Assembly: GCF_963921235.1 (NCBI RefSeq)
Contig: NC_086111.1
Coordinates: 48,918,001 to 48,982,000, forward strand
Source: Mobula hypostoma
Taxonomy: Eukaryota
DNA: 64,000 nt
Direction: 5' to 3'
Shown here: positions 1-13,497 of the stretch, piece after piece
Numbering within the stretch: the stretch's first letter is position 1
Layout: each line of letters begins with the position of its first letter
Made by a program: the position numbers and the translations under genes
Notes under the pieces: model-generated
Seen by the model: the letters and a program-made list of their open reading frames with translations, nothing else
Databases searched by the model: none
Told to the model about the DNA's origin: nothing

Positions 1-286
1 ACTGTTGTCATGTTGGATGCAACGTGGTCACCATTCATTTTAGTAGTTCATGTGCATTGGACTGAGAATTTGGTCTTAACTTTTCAAAGTTATTTTTTGG
101 AATAAACTTTATGGTATGAAAGAGCTTCAATGACTGTAATGCATATTCAAGGAAACTTCAGAAGTTTTTCTCTTTTGATCTGTTTGTTTATATAAGATGG
201 TAACAAACACTTGGGGTTCAAATCTAACAGAAACTGTGAAAGTGAATAAATTCACCTTAGCCCCAAAATAATGAGTTGATAAGCAG

Positions 287-2363
287 CATAGAAACATAGA
301 AACATAGAAAATAGGTGCAGGAGTAGGCCATTCGGCCCTTCGAGCCTGCACCGCCATTTATTATGATCATGGCTGATCATCCAACTCAGAACCCCACCCC
401 AGCCTTCCCTCCATACCCCCTGACCCCTGTAGCCACAAGGGCCATATCTAACTCCCTCTTAAACATAGCCAATGAACTGGCCTCAAGAGTTTGCTGTGGC
501 AGAGAATTCCACAGATTCACCACTCTCTGTGTGAAGAAGTTTTTCCTAATCTCGGTCCTAAAAGGCTTCCCCTCTATCCTCAAACTGTGACCCCTCGTTC
601 TGGACCTCCCCAACATCGGGAACAATCTTCCCGCATCTAGCCTGTCCAATCCCTTTAGGATCTTATACGTTTCAATCAGATCCCCCCTCAATCTTCTAAA
701 TTCCAACGAGTACAAACCCAGTTCATCCGGTCTTTCTTCATATGAAAGACCTGCCATCCCAGGAATCAATCTGGTGAACCTTCTTTGTACTCCCTCTATG
801 GCAAAGATGTCTTTCCTCAGATTAGGGGACCAAAACTGCACACAATACTCCAGGTGTGGTCTCACCAAGGCCTTGTACAACTGCAGTAGTACCTCCCTGC
901 TCCTGTACTCGAATCCTCTCGCTATAAATGCCAGCATACCGTTCGCCTTTTTCACCGCCTGCTGTACCTGCATGCCCACTTTCAATGACTGGTGTATAAT
1001 GACACCCAGGTCTCATTGCACCTCCCCTTTTCCTAATCGGCCACCATTCAGATAATAATCTGTTTTCCTATTTTTGCCACCAAAGTGGATAACTTCACAT
1101 TTATCCACATTAAATTGCATCTGCCATGAGTTTGCCCACTCACCCAACCTATCCAAGTCACCCTGCATCCTCTTATCATCCTCCTCACTGCTAACACTGC
1201 CACCCAGCTTCGTGTCATCCGCAAACTTGGAGATGCTGCATTTAATTCCCTTATCCAAGTCATTAATATATATTGTAAACAACTGGGGTCCCAGCACTGA
1301 GCCTTGCGGTACCCCACTAGTTACCGCCTGCCATTCTGAAAAGGTCCCGTTTATTCCCACTCTTTGCTTCCTGTCTGCTAACCAATTCTCCACCCACACC
1401 AATACCTTACCCCCAATACCGTGTGCTTTAAGTTTGCCCACTAATCTCCTGTGTGGGACCTTGTCAAAAGCCTTTAGAAAATCCAAATATACCACATCCA
1501 CTGGTTCTCCCCTATCCACTCTACTAGTTACATCCTCAAAAAATTCTATGAGATTCGTCAGACATGATTTTCCTTTCACAAATCCATGCTGACTTTATCC
1601 GATCATTTCACCGCTTTCCAAATGTGCTGTTATCACGTCCTTGATAACTGACTCCAGCAGTTTCCCCACCACCGACGTTAGGCTAACCGGCCTATAATTC
1701 CCCGGTTTCTCTCTCCCTCCTTTTTTAAAAAGTGGGGTTACATTAGCCACCCTCCAATCCTCAGGAACTAGTCCAGAATCTAACGAGTTTTGAAAAATTA
1801 TCACTAATGCATCCACTATTTCTTGGGCTACTTCCTTAAGCACTCTAGGATGCAGACCATCTGGCCCTGGGGATTTATCTGCCTTCAATCCCTTCAATTT
1901 ACCTAACACCACTTCCCTACTAACATGTATTTCACTCAGTTCCTCCACCTCACTGGACCCTCTGTCCCTTACTATTTCTGGAAGATTATTTATGTCCTCC
2001 TTAGTGAAGACAGAACCAAAGTAATTATTCAATTGGTCTGCCATGTCCTTGCTCCCCATAATCAATTCACCTGTTTCTGTCTGCAGGGGACCTACATTTG
2101 TCTTTACCAGTCTTTTCCTTTTTACATATCTATAAAAGCTTTTACAGTCCGTTTTTATGTTCTCTGCCAGTTTTCTCTCATAATCTTTTTCCCCTTCCTA
2201 ATTAAGCCCTTTGTCCTCCTCTGCTGAACTCTGAATTTCTCCCAGTCCTCAGGTGAGCCACTTTCTCTGGCTAATTTGTTTGCTACTTCTTTGGAATTGA
2301 TACTATCCCTAATTTCTCTTGTCAGCCACGGGTGCACTACCTTCCTTGATTTATTCTTTTGCC
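287..2363 (-). mobile_element. CR1-clade LINE, 5'-truncated, young copy (ORF2 RT region plus 3' UTR)
   Basis: ORFs 386..985, 1013..1579 and 1595..2065 are in one frame, separated by single stops. Motifs KSPGPDG, NYRPVSLTS, [13 protein letters not shown], GVPQGSVLGP, FADDTK, RPHLEYCVQFW. 3' tail is the 8-mer repeat (ATAGAAAC)n at ~287-310. Confidence 0.95.
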
Positions 2364-3086
2364 AAGCATCTTGAGTATTTTAACTTGACTGAGGCCGTGG
2401 AAAACTTGCATGATCTTGATTTTTCCATCTGAATCACTGAGTTCATTTATCCTGATTTTGCATTTTTGATGCAGTACACTTCCCACACTCACTTTATTTC
2501 ATTTTACAGGTGCTTTATCAAAGCATGATTGTAAAAAAAGAAAAGATTTGAGACCAAGCACATGATGACAGCCTGATCACTGTTGCAAAACCTTTCATTT
2601 CAGTTTATATAATTCTTTTGTATCAGTGATTCTTCCCCTTTCAACCTTGGTTGTGTCATTCCACGGCTTTTGTTCAGAAACCTTTCTCCATCTTCTTAAA
2701 ATTTCATTTGAAATTCTGCTTTGTAATAAAGGCCCATCATAATCTATAATGGGGTTTTTCTTGATACAAGCATAATTTATTATTTATTTCTTTTCAATTT
2801 TATTTGCAAGATCTATTATTTATTCAAAGATAATTGCTAAATTATTTTAAAATTTAATTATGTATGAAGTATGCATTGACTTGGCTTCAGAGAAGTTTAA
2901 TGGACTGTACTGAGGAGAATTCAAGTAAACAACTGAAGATACATTAGGTAAAGAAACAATTCTGTCATATTAACAACTATATACTTCATCAGAATAAAGA
3001 TGAAAAATGCATGAACAGCTGAAATTCTCAGAAGGTCTACAAGTGGATACAAGCAGTACAATTTCTAGGCAAATACTGTTAAAGCA

Positions 3087-3410
3087 TGGCACAATGGCAC
3101 AGAGAGTTGTTGCCTTGCATCTCCATGGACCAGGGTTCAAACAGGTTTTAACATTCTGCCTGTCACAAAGTTGATTTCCTCCATGTGCTGCTGTTTCTTT
3201 CCACATCCCAGAGGAGCATGGGTTGGTTAGTTAATTGGCCATTGTAAAATTTAGTGATTTGTAAGTGAGTGGTAAAATCCTGGGGGAGTTCATTGGAAAG
3301 TGGGGAGAATAAAAAGGGATTAGTACAGGATTAGTATACCACTGGGTACTTTATAATTAGCATGGATATGTAGCTTTAAGGGCTTGATTCCATGCTTTAT
3401 GATTCTATAA
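3087..3410 (+). mobile_element. Decayed tRNA-headed SINE (V-SINE/HE1-like) with CR1-like tail
   Basis: Box A-like ggcacaatggcacag, box B-like gggttcaaa, central tttctttccacatccca...ggttagttaattggccattgtaaa, CR1-like 3' end. Confidence 0.55.
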
Positions 3411-3499
3411 CTGTGATTTTGTGACTCTTATTTCTTTTAAGATTGTGATACAGTTCAAAAAAGTGATTGGTTCAGTTTGGCCCTCTTGGTTCAATCCCT

Positions 3500-3885
3500 C
3501 CCTACCTACAGATGTGACACTTCACATGCTCTCAGACACTTCAATCACTTTAAGTTTCCTGGCCTTGATCACCTCATTTTCATTATGGACATTCAGTCCC
3601 TATACAGTTCAGTCTCTGATTAGGAAGGCTTTAAAGCTCTCCACTTCTTTCTGTACAACAGACTTACCAGTTCCTCTCCACTACCATCCTCCTGTCGGGC
3701 AGAACGGGTTCTCACCCTCACTAATTTCCCTTTTCACTCTTCTCATTTCTACAAACCCAAGGTGTAGAATCTACCCCAGCTATGCCTGTCTTTACATCAG
3801 CTACTCTACATGGAGCAGTCCCTGTTCTAAGCCTACACTGGTAACACACCCCAGTTCTTTCTACACTGCATTGGTGCTGCTTCTT
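3500..3885 (+). mobile_element. Decayed Penelope-like (Neptune-type) reverse transcriptase fragment
   Basis: Frameshifted remnants of PLE RT motifs: MDIQSLYT, LKALHFFL, HFLQTQGV, PSYACL. Confidence 0.7.
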
Positions 3886-4009
3886 TAGTTTAATTCAGAT
3901 AATATGTAAATATATTTAGGTTGATGTTGTTACTTTTTCAAACCACTCTAAATATGCAAAAATAAAAAGAATGAAGTGTGCATGGGATTTATTGTTGCTT
4001 TTACTAAGA

Positions 4010-6165
4010 AGAAGGTGCTTGGGAAGCTGAATAGTCTGAAAGTATGTAAGTGACCTGCACCATGTGAACTATACTCCTGAAAGAGGTTGTGGAGGCATTA
4101 GTAATGATCTTCCAAGAATCTCTTGATTCTGGAATGATCCTGGAGGACAGGAAAATTGCGTATGTCTCTCCACTCTTCAAGAAAGGAAATTATAGGCTAG
4201 TCAGCCTGACTTCAATGGTTGAGGAGATGTTGGAGTCCATTATTAAGGATGAGATTTCGGTGCACTTGGAGACACTTGATGGAATAGGTCAAAGTCTGCA
4301 TGGTTTCATTAAGGAGAAATCTTTGCCTGGCAAATCTTATGCAATTCTTTGATGGAAATAACAGGCAGGAGAGACAAAAGACAGTCAGTGGATGTTGTTT
4401 ATTTGGATTTTCTGACACCTTTAACAAGGTGCCACACATGAGGCTGCTTAACAAGATAAGAGCCAACGTGTGACGGAGAGCACTTGGTAAATGCCCTCTT
4501 TATATTTGCGTATTTACACACACGAATATTGCCTTGTCGTTCTGCTGCCATTCCGCTGAGTGTGTGAACTTCAATGTCTTCCCTGCTATAGATTCATAAT
4601 GGGCCCTACACTGAGCTGATGCCCTCGGGTTGGCTTTATGGTGCCTTTCCCGTCATATATGGCGGAATGTTCCGTTTCTTTAATAATGGGGATGTGTAAA
4701 TGTGTATATGTTGTCTGTATACTCTTTTTAAGATAGATACTTCTATTGATTTTGTAATATGATTGTAACTACATTGTGGGGTGCATCATATTCGAATTCA
4801 TGTGTGATCTTAAGATAACTTTATGGGTAATTAAAGATGGCATGTCCTGGTGCCTAATAAATGGGGATCTAAGCTCGCAGTAGGAGAGAGAAATCAAGGC
4901 TACCAGGAGTTCACACTGAATAAAGTATGGAGCTATTATTGTGTTTTCTGGTAGATATCATTTTGTAAATATTGGCCATTTTCTTTTCACTATTTTCATT
5001 AATTTTTGTAAGTTCTGTTTTTAACACACTTTATAAACACCCGTGCATTGAAATGCTAAGCGATTCCAGCCATTATTCCTCTTGTCATAACCCATGATCT
5101 AACAGCATGGATAGAAGATTGGCTGACCAGCAGGAGGCAAAGGGTGGGATAAAGGGAGCCTTTTCTGGTTGACTGAGAGTGATTAGTGGTGTTCTGCAGG
5201 GATCAGTGTTGGGACTGCTTCTTTTCATGCTATATGTCAATGATTTGGATGAAGGAATCAATGGCTTTGTAGCCATGTTTGTGGATGAAACGGAAATAGG
5301 TGAAAGTGGCAGATAGTGTTGAAGAAGCAGGGTATCTGCAGAAAGACTTAACAGATTGCAAGAATGGGCAAAGAAGTTACAGAAGGAATATAACATAGGG
5401 AAGTGCATACTTATGCATTTTAGTAGAAGGAATAAAGGAGGAGAAAATGGGGAGAAAATTCAAAAGTTAGGTGTAAAGGGACTAGGAAGTCCTCGTGTGG
5501 GATTCCTTAAAGGCTAACTTTCAGGTTAAGTTGGTGGTGAGGAAGGCAAATGCAATATCAGCATTCATTTCAAGAGGTCTGGAATACAAAGGCAAGGATG
5601 TAATGTTGTATCTTCATAAGGCATTGGTCAGACCACACTTGGAGTAATGTGAGCAGTTTTGGACCCCTTGACTAAGAAAAAATGTGCTGGTATTGGAGAG
5701 AGTCCAGAGGGGGTTCACGGGAATGATCCCAGCAATAAAAGGGTTAATGTTTGAGGAGCATTTGATGCCTCAGGGCCTGTACTCACTGGAGTTTAGAAGA
5801 ATGAGGGATATCTCATTGAAAGCTATTGAATATTAAAGGCCTAGTTAGAGTAGATATGGAGAGGAGTCTAGGACCAGAGGGCACAACCTCAAAATAGAGG
5901 GACATCCATTTAGAACAGAGATGAGGAAAAATTTTCTTAAGCCAGAGGGTGGTGAATCCGTGGACTTCATTACCGCAGGTGGCTATGCAGGCCAAGTTGT
6001 TGGGTAGATTTGAAGTGGAGGTTGATTTGTTCATAATTAATAGGGGTATCAAAAGTTCGGGCAGAAGAATGGGTTTGATTGGGATAATAACTCAGCCAGG
6101 ATGAAATGGTGGAGCAAACGTGATGGGCCGAATGGCCCAATTCTCCTCCTATGCCTTATAGTTTT
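4010..6165 (+). mobile_element. Decayed CR1 LINE interrupted by an insertion at 4469-5089
   Basis: PLFKKGNYRLVSLTS and KVPHMRLLNKIRA before the insert; QGSVLG, xDETxIG, RPHLE and the CR1 3' UTR after it. Confidence 0.9.
4469..5089. mobile_element. ~620 bp non-coding insertion in CR1, probable solo LTR
   Basis: Cleanly splits the CR1 RT. Ends TGTGAC...GTCATA are imperfect inverted termini; internal AATAAA signals. TSD not resolvable. Confidence 0.55.
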
Positions 6166-6540
6166 GCCTGGATATTTGTATTTCATATTCAGAATTACCT
6201 GATATTGGATTAAATGCTCAAAAAAAAAGGTCTTTCTTTTGAAGAATATTTTTTAGATTGACAACTGATCAATTGTTTGTATCCAACAAAATGTTGCTTT
6301 GAAGCAAGTTAGTGTTATGAATTGAACCCATGCAGGAGGAACTAAATAGAAAGCATTAATTAAATGGATATGTAGATCATGTTTTGATGGGACTAGTAGA
6401 AGAAAGGAACTACTGTTATTTTCTCTCTGCACTCTCGCTACCACCCACTCTCCTTTCAGCCACCACTGCTTTCCAGATCAAGTTTTACTGGAGAGTTTCC
6501 TGCAATTATCATTCAGTCTCAAAATTATGTTAGAGGGATC

Positions 6541-7247
6541 CTTCCAGATGAGGCGACACTTCACCTGTGAGTCTGCTGGTGTGATATACTGTGTCCGGCG
6601 CTCCCGGTGTGGCCTTCTACATATTGGTGAGACCGGACGCAGACTGGGAGACCACTTTGCTGAACACCTACGCTCTGTCTGCCAGAGGAAGCAGGATCTC
6701 CCAGTAGCCACACATTTTAATTTCAGGTCCCATTCCCATTCCGATATGTCAGTCCATGGCCTCCTGTACTGTCGAGATGAAGCCACACTCAGGTTGGAGG
6801 AACAGCACCTTATATTCCATCTGGGTAGCCTCCAACCTGATGGCATGAACATTGATTTCTCTAACTTCCATTAATGCCCCTCCTCCCCTTCTTACCCCAT
6901 CCCTTTTTCTTTCTCTTTCCCTCTCACAATAACTCCTTGCCTGCTCTCCATCATCCTCTGGTGCTTCCCTCCCCCTTTTTCTTCCAAGGTCTTCCGTCCC
7001 ATGATACTCCCCCTTCTCCAGCCTTGTATCCCTTTTGCCAATCAACTTCCCAGCTCCTGGCTTCATCCCTCCCCCTCCTGTCTTCTCCTTTCATTTCGGG
7101 TCTCCCCCTCCCCCTCCCACTTTCAAATCTCTTAATATCTCTTTTTTCCGTTAGTGCTGACGAAGGGTCTTGACCCAAAACGTCGACTGTACTTCTTCCT
7201 ATAGATACTGCCTGGCCTGCTGCGTTCCACCAGCATTTTATGTGTGT
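6541..7247 (+). mobile_element. Penelope-like element (Neptune-type), 5'-truncated: GIY-YIG endonuclease plus terminal repeat
   Basis: ORF 6527..6874 has FTCES.GVIYC..C.LLHIGET.R.L..HF.EH and LEEQHLIF...QPDGMN. Exact 13-bp TSD tgttagagggatc at 6528-6540 and 7248-7260. Confidence 0.92.
7153..7188 (+). ncRNA. Hammerhead ribozyme motif, mutated (GAAA to AAAA)
   Basis: agtg-CTGACGA-agggtcttgaccc-AAAAC-GTC-gact; catalytic G12 lost. Confidence 0.7.
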
Positions 7248-7379
7248 TGTTAGAGGGATCATGTCAGTTTTAAATAGTGATATGTGCTTCAAGCTCATTG
7301 TATCCTGTGAAGATCACACATAACGAGAAATACCAAAATTTATTAAGCTAGTCTTGCATTAATGCAATAAACTGGACAA

Positions 7380-8115
7380 ATATGATGTACTTTTGTGGTC
7401 CTTTTACATTGAATGTTGTTACTTTTTATGAAGCATGATGAAATGATTTTATTCAATGAGCTACAAATTGAGGAAAAATGTAAATTGTTTAGCAGCAAGC
7501 AATTTGGAAGGCAAATAATGTGTTGACCTTCATTGCATGAGGATTTCAATGCAAGAAAAAGAAGTCTTCCTTGGATTACATAGAGTCCTGGTGGGAATAC
7601 ATCTTGATCATTATGTACACGTCTGGTCGCTCTCCCCAGGGAAGAATATGCTTCTAATAGAGAGAGTGTGAAGGTTCACCAGACTGATACTGGTATACCA
7701 GGTTTGTAATATGAACAGAGATTAAGCAGACGAGGGTTACCTTTTCTTGAGTTCAAAAGAATGAGAGCAATGCCATTGAAATGTTCAAATTGAGCCTGAC
7801 ACACTTTATGTTTCCCTTGGTTGGGGTGTTGAGAACCAGTTATTATAGTTTCAAAATCAGGGTTGATTATTTAGAAGAGGAATTTTTTAGAAGTGTTCAC
7901 TTGGAGGTTGGAGGCTCTTTGGAATTCATTACCAAAGAGTGCCTCGTACATTTAGTCAGTGTGTGTGTGTGTGTGTGTGTGTTTCAGTTTTAATAAAATC
8001 AAGAGATGGCATTATTGAAGGAAAGTGGCATTGAAATAAAAGATGAGGTCTAATCTTATTAACAGAGTAGGCATAAATATTGAATGACTTACTTCTGCTT
8101 CTGTTTTTCTGTTCT
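7380..8115 (+). mobile_element. Highly decayed CR1 3' fragment, with a (GT)n tract at 7959-7982
   Basis: Remnants of aaggcaaat...gttgaccttcattgc, aaggttcaccagactgat and a CR1-like 3' UTR. Confidence 0.7.
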
Positions 8116-8267
8116 TACGTTTGAAGAAAGAAAACAGTACAGTAATTAATATAAATTCCAGAATTAGGGCAATAGTTATTGAGTAGTATAATCAAATGCA
8201 GTAGCACTTTAAGTGGTAATGGGGACATTAAAATCTTCAATGCAGCGATGTAGAAAACTTTTACGGA

Positions 8268-9690
8268 CTCTGATTCAGAATTCATATCACTGACATATGT
8301 TGTGAAATTTGTTATCTTGCAGTGGCAGCACATGGCAATATATAATAAAAAAACACTAAATTACAATAAAAATATATTTTTAAGTAAAATTGAATAAGTA
8401 GTGCAAAAAGAGAGGGAAGAATGTTGAGATAGTGCATATGGGTTCATTGTCCATTCAGAAATCTGATTTCAAAGGGGAAGAAGCTATAAATGAATCGTTG
8501 AGTTTATGTCTTCTGGCTCCTGTACCACCTCCTTGATGGTATAATGAGAAGAGGGCATATCCTGGCTGATGGGAGTCTTCAATGGCGGATGCCTCTTTTT
8601 TGAGGCCTCGTCTTTTTAAGGTGTCTTAGATGCTGGGGAGACTAGTGCTCATGATGGAGCTGACTGACTTTGCAATTTTCTATCGCTTTTTCCAATCCTG
8701 CACAGTAGCCCCGCCATACCAGATGGTTATGCAACCAGTTAGAATGCTGTCCATGGTACACCTGTCGTAACTTGCAAGACTTTGGTATCATACCAAGTCT
8801 CCTCTAACTCCTAATGAAGTATAGCAGTTGTCATTCCTTCTTTGTAATTGCATTAATATGTTTGGCCCAGGATAGATCTTTAGTGATGTTGACCATCCAG
8901 GAACTTGAAACTCTTCACCCTTTCCACTGCTGATCCTGTGATGAGGACTGGTGTGTGTTCCCTTGACTTCCCCTTCCTGAAGTCCACAATCAATTCCTTG
9001 TTCTTACTGACTTTGAGTGCAGGGTTGTTGTGACGCCACTCAATCAGCTGATCTATCTCACTCATGTAAGTCTCCTCATTATCATCTGAAGTTCTGCCAA
9101 CAATAGTTGTGTCATCAGCAAGTTTATAGATGGTGTTTGAGCTGTGCCTAGCCACGCCGTTGTTGGTGTAGAAAGTAGAGCAGTGGGCTAAACATATGTC
9201 CTTGAAATGTGGCAGTTGATTTTCAGTGAGGAGGAGCTGTTACTTCAGATCCACACTAACTGTGGTTTCCAAATGAGGAAGTCAAAGATCCAGTTGTAGA
9301 GGGAGGTACAGAGGCCCAAGTTTTGGGGTTTGTTGATTAGCACCGAGCGTACGATGGTGTTGAATGCTGAGCTGTAATCAACTAACAACAGCCTAACATA
9401 GATGTTGCTATTGTCCAGGTGATCCAAGGCCAAGTAGTGAGTCAGTGAGATTGCAACTACTGTCGTTCTATTGTGGCAATAGACAGATTGTAACAGGTCA
9501 GGGTGCTTGCTTAAGCAGAAGCTGATTCTGGCCATGGATTCTCAAAACTCTTTATAGTAGACATGAGTGCAACTGGATGATAGTCATGCTGCTTTTCTTG
9601 GGCACTAGTAGGATTGTCACCCTTTTGAAGCTGCTGGGAATCTCCAACTGCAACAGTAAGAGACTGAGGATGTCCTTGAACATTCCTGCC
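8268..9690 (-). mobile_element. Rex1/Babar-type LINE fragment
   Basis: Minus-strand ORFs with YVRLLLVDYSSAFNTI, WIFDFL, KLADDTTIVG, KNKELIVDFRK, VKSFKFL; tctga-type 3' tail near 8270. Confidence 0.88.
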
Positions 9691-11291
9691 CTTATTATTT
9701 ACTTTACTAACAGTGCTTCAAATCTGATGGCATTTGAAATAACAGGTGAGGTTGCTAAAATCCAAACCAAGTTATCAGCTCTTTAAAGGACCAAACTTAA
9801 CTGTGAAGAGTTAAGTTTCTTTTATGACTAGGAAAGCGAAGAAATTGTACTTTTCTTCAAGACGATCATTTTGTATTAACAAATACCCCCTTTAAAAATA
9901 CCCCTTTTTGGAGTACAAAGTTACAAACCAAGAATATTTTTGCCTAAGAGACTAGCATGATCAATCAACTTGCATCTCGAAAATAAAAGCTTTTAAGATA
10001 AGAGGTGAAAAATGTCATGTTACTAGAAATGTTTAGTACAAAATGTATGTGAAGAATTTAAATTTAATGACAAAATAACTGAACTGAATGTAGAAGAGGT
10101 TACATGGAGGTAAAAAGAAAAATAAGTAAAGTGCATAATATAGGAGAAATGAATGCGTAACCGAAAAATGTATACAAATTGCAAGAGTTATAAACCAATT
10201 GATTGGTTCTTAGGATTTGTTACATTTCCAATTTTGCATCCGTTGTGTATTTTTCTTTCACCTGGTAGTCCCTAAATTCATTTGTTCAAAACATTAGTGA
10301 GTCAGCAGTTTATGAAAATGTTTTGTAGTAGTCAAATAAAAGCAGCATGCGCTAAATGTCATTGACATATAAATTGGAGATATTAAATTCCATCTTTTGT
10401 CTGGATTGCTTTATGTCAAAACAATATATTGCTCAGTTGACAAGCTCTGTGGTGCTATATCATAAGTTCTCATTAAAGCAGTAATTGGTGAGTAAGTTGC
10501 ATGGAAATTAAGTACATAAAATTTTCAGAGCTAATTATAATCACCAAAATGAATGTAACATTGAAGAAAAATTAACATGGGCATGGCAATACATACAATT
10601 ATTATTGAAAGCATCTGTTCTTCTCCTCATTAATATTTTCATTGCAACTGTTTGTGTTACTTTATTTTCAATTGCTATTTTTCCTGGTTTTACTCTTCAC
10701 TTAATTCTTCTATTTTCTACAATAGACTGATCTTCTCTGACAAAGTCAGGGCTGATATATTTTGTTACAACTTTCATTGCCATATTTGGCTGTAAAATGT
10801 TCAGTGTCTAAAGAACAATGTACACCCGGGACCTGAACCTAAAGATGCAATCCCCTCTTCTCCCTTTCACCATAGAATTAAAGTTGTACTCCTATCAGAA
10901 GCAAGAATAAACACCAGCACTTAAAAGTATTTCACATTTCTGGACCAATGCATTCATTTTTGTATATCTTAGTATTTAGTAAAGCCCAAAGCAAAAGGCT
11001 GAATTTACAAATGGAACATTTTGGCATTTGTAAGGAAATGTACTTGCCAGTATATTTTAAGGTGAAAAAATATAGTAAATCTGTATTCATGGTTGTATTT
11101 GTTTGTAGAAATTCAAATGCTATTATACCTTTGCATGCAGTAATAGTCTGTTTTTGTTGCTAGTGCTAAACACACTAAGTACCAGCTGCATGTTATATCT
11201 CCTTGTTGATACTCATTTCCTCAGTGAAATCAAACAATGTGAGATAAGTACAAGAGGCAAAACTCTGACCATTAAACCAGATCAAATTGAT

Positions 11292-11439
11292 CACAAACAA
11301 GAGAAAATCTATAGATGCTGGAAATCCAAGCAACACACACAAAACGTTGGAGGGTTTCGGCTCGAAACGTCAACTGTACTTTTTTCTATTGATGCTGCCT
11401 GGCCTACTGAGTTCCTTTCCTCCAGCATTTTGTCTGTGT
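11292..11439. mobile_element. Short inverted Penelope terminal-repeat cassette (older subfamily)
   Basis: Minus arm ~11292-11350, then a plus arm starting inside the hammerhead (gggtttcggctc-GAAAC-GTC-aact). TSD agatcaaa(t/c)tgat at 11279-11291 and 11440-11452. Confidence 0.8.
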
Positions 11440-11719
11440 AGATCAAACTGATGTCTGTTTGGTGATTTGCTTGATAGGGTTAAATGCCCTCTCTTTAGTA
11501 GTGTAATCAGGGAAAGCTCCTTTTCTAGGGAATGCTCTGTTTGAGTGTCCTCCCATCTTGGCCATTCATACATTTCTGATTTTAATATCTCCAGCAATGG
11601 GACTTATTTTTCTGCTGATGTTGCCTTGTATTTACTTCCTAAACCATTCTGCCTTTCTAGATCTTCTTTAAATAATCCTGATCCTTCCACTTCAGATGGT
11701 AATAATACAATTTTCTCAT

Positions 11720-12020
11720 CTCTATGTCATAGGGTTGTATGTTCAAGCCTCACTTTGGAAAATTGGGCACATAAATTATTCTTGCAAGTCAGGACTGTAC
11801 TGAGGCAGTGTTGTTCTATATTTATATGGCACCATATCTTGGCTGAGACCTTAAATCAAGGCCTTGCCTGACTTGTGAATTTTAAGAGATCTTTTGAAGA
11901 AGCAGATGAAATTATGCTTGGTGCCTGACCAACATTTATATCCAATCAGATTTTCTATCGTTATCACACTATTGCTCAAAGAGGTATGTTGTGGGTGAAT
12001 CGTCTTTCTGCATTTTGGGG
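11720..12020 (+). mobile_element. Old Deu-domain SINE (SacSINE1/AmnSINE-like)
   Basis: Ordered blocks gttcaagcc, gtactgagg, ctgagaccttaaatcaaggcc, tttgaagaag, tggtgcctgaccaacatttat, ttatcacact match my recollection of the Deu domain. Confidence 0.6.
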
Positions 12021-12178
12021 TCAGTACAATTGGGATATGGTGGCATCATGCTAGCTTACAAGACCATTGTCCTGAGACTTGGAATATTGAGTATTAATTC
12101 CACCAAAATAGCAGGTATTTCTGAAATGCAAAATTTGTATCATTAATAGTCATCATACAACTGTTAGATAGTTGTAAA

Positions 12179-12968
12179 TGTAATGTCTTAATTAAGGTTT
12201 TCACTGCTAATGCTATAGAGTATTTCATTTAGTAGCTTTCCGTAGAAGCATGTCTCCTGCTGATAGCATGTTTGGATTTCAGGTAAAGATAAGGGAGTGT
12301 GATGTTCAACTTAGAAATCTGTCAGCTAATCAGGATAGTGGAATTGGGAGAAGGTTCTAGAGGTAGTGGGACAGAGGGAGGTTTCTGATGGACGCTGGTG
12401 GGGTTCGTGGTCTTTTTGGGTGGAGAGGGAGGGAGAAGATCCGGAGAGTCGGCCGGAGGATTCGATCCAACGGGAAGACATGATTGCAAGGAGTATCTCG
12501 TGAGTCGAAGGAGTACAAGATAGGAAATTCGATCTGTGATTGGTTATGAGAATTTAGCACTATGAGTAATGGTAATACCCAGTTTTTGAACAGTACGAGT
12601 TCCAATGATGTGCACATTTAGACTGGTTTAATTTTCATGAGCCCTTTTTTTTCTTTTTCTTTTCCTCTTAATAACTGAATAAAGCTGAAATTAGTAAACA
12701 CACTTTTTTTATAATTGTATGTGGTGTACGATCTGTTATTTCTTGCCGACAGATAATTGTGTATGGGCAGTATTTACACAGCAAATGCTCAAATCAGGGT
12801 TCCTTTAATGGAGACATCCCAACCTTCCTGTTTGGTTGGAATCAAATCATACCGACCCTAGATGTATATTGTTTAAGAAAGGTGGCCTTCTCACCACTGA
12901 GTCCAGTGGCTGTTAGCAAAGCCAGCTCATGAGCCAGTTTCCCTATGAGCTGGTGAGAGAGCTTCACA
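12179..12968 (+). mobile_element. Solo LTR (same family as 53491-54354)
   Basis: TGTAATG...TTCACA termini, AATAAA at ~12678, end-to-end similarity to the reverse complement of 53491-54354; flanks taaa/aaaa. Confidence 0.8.
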
Positions 12969-13497
12969 AAAAAAAAAATAGGAGGTTGACTAACGTCATT
13001 CAGGGAAGGAAATCTGTCAAGTTTGTATTTTGCTTTATGTGTGATTTTCGGACCCATAGCACCATGGTTCACAATTGTTGGCTGGAATATTGGTTTGAGT
13101 GCTGCAGTAAATCTGTCAGTACAGACCAATTCAGGATTGGAGAAAAAAAAGTGATGACTTTGCTCGGAACATGCATAAAAGAATAATTTAAAAGGACACT
13201 CAGAAGTATAACTTTGACGATAAAACACAGATACAAGTTTAATTCGCTCACCATATTTGATATAATATTTGTGTGTAAAATTGAAGACTGTCCACTTTGT
13301 TATAAATTGCATCAAGTAAAGGATGCTGTGGGATTACAGTGCTTGAAATTCAGTTGGATAGATGACAAATGTCATTTCAAATCTCACAATTTCTTCATCA
13401 ATGTATATATGCCTTCACTGTGGTGTAATCATCCCTATCAATCATTTCACACTTTCCCAGCCATTTTGAATACAAAGAACATTCTATTTTTTCTTTC

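Noticed and set aside
774-1592. Plus-strand ORFs of 93 and 172 aa
   Set aside because: Antisense shadows of the CR1 RT frame.
281-2370. aagca as a TSD of the first CR1
   Set aside because: Only 5 bp, offset from the tail and overlapping probable element sequence; not distinguishable from chance.
3087-3150. tRNA gene
   Set aside because: Only decayed A/B boxes of a SINE head; no cloverleaf.
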